DNA from: the human T2T-CHM13v2.0 reference genome, Homo sapiens
Length of the DNA: 64,000 nucleotides
Assembly (NCBI RefSeq): GCF_009914755.1
Contig: NC_060931.1
Strand: one strand, 5' to 3'
This document shows, in pieces, positions 54,701 to 64,000 of the stretch. A program made the translations under genes and the position numbers. How positions within the stretch are numbered: position 1 is the first letter of the stretch; the number at the start of each line of letters is the position of its first letter. The notes below the pieces were generated by a model. It was not told the DNA's origin. It saw only the letters and a list, made by a program, of their open reading frames with translations, and searched no databases.

Positions 54701-57700
54701 GGACCTCTTTGAGGCCTTCGTTGCAAACGGGGTTTCTTCCTTTCATGCTAGACTAAGAAGAGTTCTCAGTAACTTTTTTGTGTTGTGTGTATTCAACTCA
54801 CAGAGTTGAACCTTGCTTTAGAGAGAGCAGATTTGAAACACTCTCGCTGTGGCATTTTCAGGTGGAGATTTCAAGCGATTTGAGGACAATTGCAGAAAAG
54901 GAAATATCTTCGTATAATAACCAGACAGAATCATTCTCAGAAAGTGCTTTGTGATGTGTGCGTTCAACTCACAGAGTTTAACCTTTCTTTTCATAGAGGA
55001 GTTTGGAAACACACTGTTTGTAAAGTCTGCAAGTGGATACATGGACCTGTTTGAGGCCTTCGTTGGAAACGGGATTTCTTCATTGAATGCTAGACGGAAG
55101 AATTCTCAGTAAATTCTTTGTGTTGTGTGCATTCAACTCACAGAGTGGAACGTCCCTTTAGACAGAGCAGATTTGAAACACTCTTTTTGCGGAATTTGCA
55201 AGTGGAGATTTCTAGCCATTTGATGCCAACAGTAGAAAGGGAAATATCTTCAAATAAAAACCAGACAGAATCATTCTCAGAAAATTCTTTGTGATGTGTG
55301 CGTTCAACTCACATAGTTTAACCTTTCTTTTCATAGAGCAGTTTGGAAACACTCTGTTTGTAAAGTCTGCAAGTGGATATATGGACCGCATTGAGGCCTT
55401 CGTTGGAAACGGGATTTCTTCATTTCATGCTAGACAGAAGAATTCTCAGTAACTTCTTTGTGCTGTGTGTATTCAACTCACAGAGTGGAACGTCCCTTTG
55501 CACAGAGCAGATTTGAAACACTCTTTTTGTGGAGTTTGCAAGTGGAGATTTCAAGCGATTTGATGCCAACAGTAGAAAAGGAAATATCTTCAAATAAAAA
55601 CTAGACAGAATCATTCTCAGAAACTACTTTGTGATGTGTGCCTTCAACTCACAGAGTTTAACCTTTCTTTTCTTAGAGCAGTTTAGAAACACTCTGCTTG
55701 TTACGTCTGCAAGTGGATATTTGGACCTCTTTGAGGCCTTCGTTGCAAACGGGGTTTCTTCCTTTCATGCTAGACTAAGAAGAGTTCTCAGTAACTTTTT
55801 TGTGTTGTGTGTATTCAACTCACAGAGTTGAACCTTGCTTTAGAGAGAGCAGATTTGAAACACTCTTGCTGTGGCATTTTCAGGTGGAGATTTCAAGCGA
55901 TTTGAGGACAATTGCAGAAAAGGAAATATCTTCGTATAATAACCAGACAGAATCATTCTCAGAAAGTGCTTTGTGATGTGTGCGTTCAACTCACAGAGTT
56001 TAACCTTTCTTTTCATAGAGGAGTTTGGAAACACACTGTTTGTAAAGTCTGCAAGTGGATATATGGACCTGTTTGAGGCCTTCGTTGGAAACGGGATTTC
56101 TTCATTGAATGCTAGACGGAAGAATTCTCAGTAAATTCTTTGTGTTGTGTGCATTCAACTCACAGAGTGGAACGTCCCTTTAGACAGAGCAGATTTGAAA
56201 CACTCTTTTTGCGGAATTTGCAAGTGGAGATTTCTAGCCATTTGATGCCAACAGTAGAAAGGGAAATATCTTCAAATAAAAACCAGACAGAATCATTCTC
56301 AGAAAATTCTTTGTGATGTGTGCGTTCAACTCACATAGTTTAACCTTTCTTTTCATAGAGCAGTTTGGAAACACTCTGTTTGTAAAGTCTGCAAGTGGAT
56401 ATATGGACCGCATTGAGGCCTTCGTTGGAAACGGGATTTCTTCATTTCATGCTAGACAGAAGAATTCTCAGTAACTTCTTTGTGCTGTGTGTATTCAACT
56501 CACAGAGTGGAACGTCCCTTTGCACAGAGCAGATTTGAAACACTCTTTTTGTGGAGTTTGCAAGTGGAGATTTCAAGCGATTTGATGCCAACAGTAGAAA
56601 AGGAAATATCTTCAAATAAAAACTAGACAGAATCATTCTCAGAAACTACTTTGTGATGTGTGCCTTCAACTCACAGAGTTTAACCTTTCTTTTCTTAGAG
56701 CAGTTTAGAAACACTCTGCTTGTTATGTCTGCAAGTGGATACTTGGACTTCTTTGAGGCCTTCGTTGCAAACGGGGTTTCTTCCTTTCATGCTAGACTAA
56801 GAAGAGTTCTCAGTAACTTTTTTGTGTTGTGTGTATTCAACTCACAGAGTTGAACCTTGCTTTAGAGAGAGCAGATTTGAAACACTCTTGCTGTGGCATT
56901 TTCAGGTGGAGATTTCAAGCGATTTGAGGACAATTGCAGAAAAGGAAATATCTTCGTATAATAACCAGACAGAATCATTCTCAGAAAGTGCTTTGTGATG
57001 TGTGCGTTCAACTCACAGAGTTTAACCTTTCTTTTCATAGAGGAGTTTGGAAACACACTGTTTGTAAAGTCTGCAAGTGGATATATGGACCTGTTTGAGG
57101 CCTTCGTTGGAAACGGGATTTCCTCATTGAATGCTTGACGGAAGAATTCTCAGTAAATTCTTTGTGTTGTGTGCATTCAACTCACAGAGTGGAACGTCCC
57201 TTTAGACAGAGCAGATTTGAAACACTCTTTTTGCGGAATTTGCAAGTGGAGATTTCTAGCCATTTGATGCCAACAGTAGAAAGGGAAATATCTTCAAATA
57301 AAAACCAGACAGAATCATTCTCAGAAAATTCTTTGTGATGTGTGCGTTCAACTCACATAGTTTAACCTTTCTTTTCATAGAGCAGTTTGGAAACACTCTG
57401 TAAAGTCTGCAAGTGGATATATGGACCGCATTGAGGCCTTCGTTGGAAACGGGATTTCTTCATTTCATGCTAGACAGAAGAATTCTCAGTAACTTCTTTG
57501 TGCTGTGTGTATTCAACTCACAGAGTGGAACGTCCCTTTACACAGAGCAGATTTGAAACACTCTTTTTGTGGAGTTTGCAAGTGGAGATTTCAAGCGATT
57601 TGATGCCAACAGTAGAAAAGGAAATATCTTCAAATAAAAACTAGACAGAATCATTCTCAGAAACTACTTTGTGATGTGTGCCTTCAACTCACAGAGTTTA

Positions 57701-60700
57701 ACCTTTCTTTTCTTAGAGCAGTTTAGAAACACTCTGCTTGTTATGTCTGCAAGTGGATATTTGGACCTCTTTGAGGCCTTCGTTGCAAACGGGGTTTCTT
57801 CCTTTCATGCTAGACTAAGAAGAGTTCTCAGTAACTTTTTTGTGTTGTGTGTATTCAACTCACAGAGTTGAACCTTGCTTTAGAGAGAGCAGATTTGAAA
57901 CACTCTCGCTGTGGCATTTTCAGGTGGAGATTTCAAGCGATTTGAGGACAATTGCAGAAAAGGAAATATCTTCGTATAATAACCAGACAGAATCATTCTC
58001 AGAAAGTGCTTTGTGATGTGTGCGTTCAACTCACAGAGTTTAACCTTTCTTTTCATAGAGGAGTTTGGAAACACACTGTTTGTAAGGACTGCAAGTGGAT
58101 ATATGGACCTGTTTGAGGCCTTCGTTGGAAACGGGATTTCTTCATTGAATGCTAGACGGAAGAATTCTCAGTAAATTCTTTGTGTTGTGTGCATTCAACT
58201 CACAGAGTGGAACGTCCCTTTAGACAGAGCAGATTTGAAACACTCTTTTTGTGGAATTTGCAAGTGGAGATTTCTAGCCATTTGATGCCAACAGTAGAAA
58301 GGGAAATATCTTCAAATAAAAACCAGACAGAATCATTCTCAGAAAATTCTTTGTGATGTGTGCGTTCAACTCACATAGTTTAACCTTTCTTTTCATAGAG
58401 CAGTTTGGAAACACTCTGTTTGTAAAGTCTGCAAGTGGATATATGGACCGCATTGAGGCCTTCGTTGGAAACGGGATTTCTTCATTTCATGCTAGACAGA
58501 AGAATTCTCAGTAACTTCTTTGTGCTGTGTGTATTCAACTCACAGAGTGGAACGTCCCTTTGCACAGAGCAGATTTGAAACACTCTTTTTGTTGAGTTTG
58601 CAAGTGGAGATTTCAAGCGATTTGATGCCAACAGTAGAAAAGGAAATATCTTCAAATAAAAACTAGACAGAATCATTCTCAGAAACTACTTTGTGATGTG
58701 TGCCTTCAACTCACAGAGTTCAACCTTTCTTTTCTTAGAGCAGTTTAGAAACACTCTGCTTGTTATGTCTGCAAGTGGATATTTGGACCTCTTTGAGGCC
58801 TTCGTTGCAAACGGGGTTTCTTCCTTTCATGCTAGACTAAGAAGAGTTCTCAGTAACTTTTTTGTGTTGTGTGTATTCAACTCACAGAGTTGAACCTTGC
58901 TTTAGAGAGAGCAGATTTGAAACACTCTTGCTGTGGCATTTTCAGGTGGAGATTTCAAGCGATTTGAGGACAATTGCAGAAAAGGAAATATCTTCGTATA
59001 ATAACCAGACAGAATCATTCTCAGAAAGTGCTTTGTGATGTGTGCGTTCAACTCACAGAGTTTAACCTTTCTTTTCATAGAGGAGTTTGGAAACACACTG
59101 TTTGTAAAGTCTGCAAGTGGATACATGGACCTGTTTGAGGCCTTCGTTGGAAACGGGATTTCTTCATTGAATGCTAGACGGAAGAATTCTCAGTAAATTC
59201 TTTGTGTTGTGTGCATTCAACTCACAGAGTGGAACGTCCCTTTAGACAGAGCAGATTTGAAACACTCTTTTTGCGGAATTTGCAAGTGGAGATTTCTAGC
59301 CATTTGATGCCAACAGTAGAAAGGGAAATATCTTCAAATAAAAACCAGACAGAATCATTCTCAGAAAATTCTTTGTGATGTGTGCGTTCAACTCACATAG
59401 TTTAACCTTTCTTTTCATAGAGCAGTTTGGAAACACTCTGTTTGTAAAGTCTGCAAGTGGATATATGGACCGCATTGAGGCCTTCGTTGGAAACGGGATT
59501 TCTTCATTTCATGCTAGACAGAAGAATTCTCAGTAACTTCTTTGTGCTGTGTGTATTCAACTCACAGAGTGGAACGTCCCTTTGCACAGAGCAGATTTGA
59601 AACACTCTTTTTGTGGAGTTTGCAAGTGGAGATTTCAAGCGATTTGATGCCAACAGTAGAAAAGGAAATATCTTCAAATAAAAACTAGACAGAATCATTC
59701 TCAGAAACTACTTTGTGATGTGTGCCTTCAACTCACAGAGTTTAACCTTTCTTTTCTTAGAGCAGTTTAGAAACACTCTGCTTGTTATGTCTGCAAGTGG
59801 ATATTTGGACCTCTTTGAGGCCTTCGTTGCAAACGGGGTTTCTTCCTTTCATGCTAGACTAAGAAGAGTTCTCAGTAACTTTTTTGTGTTGTGTGTATTC
59901 AACTCACAGAGTTGAACCTTGCTTTAGAGAGAGCAGATTTGAAACACTCTTGCTGTGGCATTTTCAGGTGGAGATTTCAAGCGATTTGAGGACAATTGCA
60001 GAAAAGGAAATATCTTCGTATAATAACCAGACAGAATCATTCTCAGAAAGTGCTTTGTGATGTGTGCGTTCAACTCACAGAGTTTAACCTTTCTTTTCAT
60101 AGAGGAGTTTGGAAACACACTGTTTGTAAAGTCTGCAAGTGGATACATGGACCTGTTTGAGGCCTTCGTTGGAAACGGGATTTCTTCATTGAATGCTAGA
60201 CGGAAGAATTCTCAGTAAATTCTTTGTGTTGTGTGCATTCAACTCACAGAGTGGAACGTCCCTTTAGACAGAGCAGATTTGAAACACTCTTTTTGCGGAA
60301 TTTGCAAGTGGAGATTTCTAGCCATTTGATGCCAACAGTAGAAAGGGAAATATCTTCAAATAAAAACCAGACAGAATCATTCTCAGAAAATTCTTTGTGA
60401 TGTGTGCGTTCAACTCACATAGTTTAACCTTTCTTTTCATAGAGCAGTTTGGAAACACTCTGTTTGTAAAGTCTGCAAGTGGATATATGGACCGCATTGA
60501 GGCCTTCGTTGGAAACGGGATTTCTTCATTTCATGCTAGACAGAAGAATTCTCAGTAACTTCTTTGTGCTGTGTGTATTCAACTCACAGAGTGGAACGTC
60601 CCTTTACACAGAGCAGATTTGAAACACTCTTTTTGTGGAGTTTGCAAGTGGAGATTTCAAGCGATTTGATGCCAACAGTAGAAAAGGAAATATCTTCAAA

Positions 60701-61060
60701 TAAAAACTAGACAGAATCATTCTCAGAAACTACTTTGTGATGTGTGCCTTCAACTCACAGAGTTTAACCTTTCTTTTCTTAGAGCAGTTTAGAAACACTC
60801 TGCTTGTTATGTCTGCAAGTGGATATTTGGACCTCTTTGAGGCCTTCGTTGCAAACGGGGTTTCTTCCTTTCATGCTAGACTAAGAAGAGTTCTCAGTAA
60901 CTTTTTTGTGTTGTGTGTATTCAACTCACAGAGTTGAACCTTGCTTTAGAGAGAGCAGATTTGAAACACTCTCGCTGTGGCATTTTCAGGTGGAGATTTC
61001 AAGCGATTTGAGGACAATTGCAGAAAAGGAAATATCTTCGTATAATAACCAGACAGAATC
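48800..61060 (+). repeat. Tandem duplication of a 6-HOR block (period 6128 bp = 6x1022-4)
   Basis: Both copies share the 4-bp deletion (about 51273 and 57401), GATACTTGG (50614, 56742), the CCTC/GCTTG haplotype, CTCTCG and GTTGAG alleles, all at offset 6128. Confidence 0.9.
51265..51280 (+). other. 4-bp deletion (CTCTGTTTGTAAAG > CTCTGTAAAG) giving a 1018-bp HOR; second copy at about 57393-57408
   Basis: Read directly from the sequence; confirmed by ORF spacings 50525>51543 and 56653>57671 (1018 bp each). Confidence 0.95.
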
Positions 61061-64000
61061 ATTCTCAGAAAGTGCTTTGTGATGTGTGCGTTCAACTCAC
61101 AGAGTTTAACCTTTCTTTTCATAGAGGAGTTTGGAAACACACTGTTTGTAAGGACTGCAAGTGGATATATGGACCTGTTTGAGGCCTTCGTTGGAAACGG
61201 GATTTCTTCATTGAATGCTAGACGGAAGAATTCTCAGTAAATTCTTTGTGTTGTGTGCATTCAACTCACAGAGTGGAACGTCCCTTTAGACAGAGCAGAT
61301 TTGAAACACTCTTTTTGTGGAATTTGCAAGTGGAGATTTCTAGCCATTTGATGCCAACAGTAGAAAGGGAAATATCTTCAAATAAAAACCAGACAGAATC
61401 ATTCTCAGAAAATTCTTTGTGATGTGTGCGTTCAACTCACATAGTTTAACCTTTCTTTTCATAGAGCAGTTTGGAAACACTCTGTTTGTAAAGTCTGCAA
61501 GTGGATATATGGACCACATTGAGGCCTTCGTTGGAAACGGGATTTCTTCATTTCATGCTAGACAGAAGAATTCTCAGTAACTTCTTTGTGCTGTGTGTAT
61601 TCAACTCACAGAGTGGAACGTCCCTTTGCACAGAGCAGATTTGAAACACTCTTTTTGTTGAGTTTGCAAGTGGAGATTTCAAGCGATTTGATGCCAACAG
61701 TAGAAAAGGAAATATCTTCAAATAAAAACTAGACAGAATCATTCTCAGAAACTACTTTGTGATGTGTGCCTTCAACTCACAGAGTTCAACCTTTCTTTTC
61801 TTAGAGCAGTTTAGAAACACTCTGCTTGTTATGTCTGCAAGTGGATATTTGGACCTCTTTGAGGCCTTCGTTGCAAACGGGGTTTCTTCCTTTCATGCTA
61901 GACTAAGAAGAGTTCTCAGTAACTTTTTTGTGTTGTGTGTATTCAACTCACAGAGTTGAACCTTGCTTTAGAGAGAGCAGATTTGAAACACTCTTGCTGT
62001 GGCATTTTCAGGTGGAGATTTCAAGCGATTTGAGGACAATTGCAGAAAAGGAAATATCTTCGTATAATAACCAGACAGAATCATTCTCAGAAAGTGCTTT
62101 GTGATGTGTGCGTTCAACTCACAGAGTTTAACCTTTCTTTTCATAGAGGAGTTTGGAAACACACTGTTTGTAAAGTCTGCAAGTGGATACATGGACCTGT
62201 TTGAGGCCTTCGTTGGAAACGGGATTTCTTCATTGAATGCTAGACGGAAGAATTCTCAGTAAATTCTTTGTGTTGTGTGCATTCAACTCACAGAGTGGAA
62301 CGTCCCTTTAGACAGAGCAGATTTGAAACACTCTTTTTGCGGAATTTGCAAGTGGAGATTTCTAGCCATTTGATGCCAACAGTAGAAAGGGAAATATCTT
62401 CAAATAAAAACCAGACAGAATCATTCTCAGAAAATTCTTTGTGATGTGTGCGTTCAACTCACATAGTTTAACCTTTCTTTTCATAGAGCAGTTTGGAAAC
62501 ACTCTGTTTGTAAAGTCTGCAAGTGGATATATGGACCGCATTGAGGCCTTCGTTGGAAACGGGATTTCTTCATTTCATGCTAGACAGAAGAATTCTCAGT
62601 AACTTCTTTGTGCTGTGTGTATTCAACTCACAGAGTGGAACGTCCCTTTGCACAGAGCAGATTTGAAACACTCTTTTTGTGGAGTTTGCAAGTGGAGATT
62701 TCAAGCGATTTGATGCCAACAGTAGAAAAGGAAATATCTTCAAATAAAAACTAGACAGAATCATTCTCAGAAACTACTTTGTGATGTGTGCCTTCAACTC
62801 ACAGAGTTTAACCTTTCTTTTCTTAGAGCAGTTTAGAAACACTCTGCTTGTTATGTCTGCAAGTGGATATTTGGACCTCTTTGAGGCCTTCGTTGCAAAC
62901 GGGGTTTCTTCCTTTCATGCTAGACTAAGAAGAGTTCTCAGTAACTTTTTTGTGTTGTGTGTATTCAACTCACAGAGTTGAACCTTGCTTTAGAGAGAGC
63001 AGATTTGAAACACTCTTGCTGTGGCATTTTCAGGTGGAGATTTCAAGCGATTTGAGGACAATTGCAGAAAAGGAAATATCTTCGTATAATAACCAGACAG
63101 AATCATTCTCAGAAAGTGCTTTGTGATGTGTGCGTTCAACTCACAGAGTTTAACCTTTCTTTTCATAGAGGAGTTTGGAAACACACTGTTTGTAAAGTCT
63201 GCAAGTGGATATATGGACCTGTTTGAGGCCTTCGTTGGAAACGGGATTTCTTCATTGAATGCTAGACGGAAGAATTCTCAGTAAATTCTTTGTGTTGTGT
63301 GCATTCAACTCACAGAGTGGAACGTCCCTTTAGACAGAGCAGATTTGAAACACTCTTTTTGCGGAATTTGCAAGTGGAGATTTCTAGCCATTTGATGCCA
63401 ACAGTAGAAAGGGAAATATCTTCAAATAAAAACCAGACAGAATCATTCTCAGAAAATTCTTTGTGATGTGTGCGTTCAACTCACATAGTTTAACCTTTCT
63501 TTTCATAGAGCAGTTTGGAAACACTCTGTTTGTAAAGTCTGCAAGTGGATATATGGACCGCATTGAGGCCTTCGTTGGAAACGGGATTTCTTCATTTCAT
63601 GCTAGACAGAAGAATTCTCAGTAACTTCTTTGTGCTGTGTGTATTCAACTCACAGAGTGGAACGTCCCTTTACACAGAGCAGATTTGAAACACTCTTTTT
63701 TTGGAGTTTGCAAGTGGAGATTTCAAGCGATTTGATGCCAACAGTAGAAAAGGAAATATCTTCAAATAAAAACTAGACAGAATCATTCTCAGAAACTACT
63801 TTGTGATGTGTGCCTTCAACTCACAGAGTTTAACCTTTCTTTTCTTAGAGCAGTTTAGAAACACTCTGCTTGTTATGTCTGCAAGTGGATATTTGGACCT
63901 CTTTGAGGCCTTCGTTGCAAACGGGGTTTCTTCCTTTCATGCTAGACTAAGAAGAGTTCTCAGTAACTTTTTTGTGTTGTGTGTATTCAACTCACAGAGT

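Larger units (their letters stand above)
1..64000 (+). repeat. Centromeric alpha-satellite higher-order repeat array, 6-mer HOR of 1022 bp, about 62.6 tandem copies, head-to-tail
   Basis: Alphoid hallmarks throughout (CATTCTCAGAAA, TTCAACTCACAGAG, GAAACACTCTTTTTG, CENP-B boxes). The 'MMCAF' pseudo-ORF recurs at 447+1022k up to 50525, with only two 1018-bp steps afterwards. Copies differ by a few SNVs per kb. Confidence 0.99.

Noticed and set aside
447-63184. Recurrent 64-74 aa ORFs on both strands (MMCAF..., MFPNS..., MILSS..., MTEEF...)
   Set aside because: They are chance stop-free frames in alpha satellite, repeated with the HOR and switched on or off by single SNVs. They show no recognisable domains or gene structure.
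333-63701. Singleton SNVs (e.g. 333, 2138, 3370, 8984, 25727, 27063, 27874, 42833, 44965, 61516, 63701)
   Set aside because: They are consistent with background mutation or consensus error, and I saw no pattern.
1-64000. CRISPR-like or other repeat-spacer system
   Set aside because: There are no unique spacers and no associated genes; the whole sequence is tandem satellite.
1-64000. Transposon insertions, inversions or HOR structural variants with a different monomer number
   Set aside because: The constant 1022/1018-bp spacing and unchanged strand of the marker ORFs leave no room for them.
1-64000. Calling this window the kinetochore / CENP-A site (centromere dip region)
   Set aside because: High homogeneity and dense CENP-B boxes indicate an active-type array, but the kinetochore position is epigenetic and needs methylation or CENP-A data.

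Overview
The whole 64 kb window is a single uninterrupted, same-orientation primate (human-type) centromeric alpha-satellite array. It is a 6-monomer higher-order repeat (HOR) of 1022 bp (monomers 169/171/171/171/169/171 bp), about 62.6 copies, with a CENP-B box in every second monomer (dimeric, suprachromosomal family 1 organisation). The 6-mer length and the predicted 340 + 682 bp EcoRI fragments fit the active chromosome 7 array D7Z1 (S1C7H1L); this is recognition from memory, not a database hit. I saw no genes, transposons, inversions or monomer-number variants, and all listed ORFs are repeat artefacts. I found no novel biological system. What deserves a second look is the layer above the HOR. 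Single-base variants read by eye show nested tandem duplications of 2, 3, 5, 6 and about 10 HORs, two with mappable junctions. They also show a shared 4-bp deletion, a recurrent CENP-B-box-inactivating allele, and possible conversion between non-equivalent monomers.
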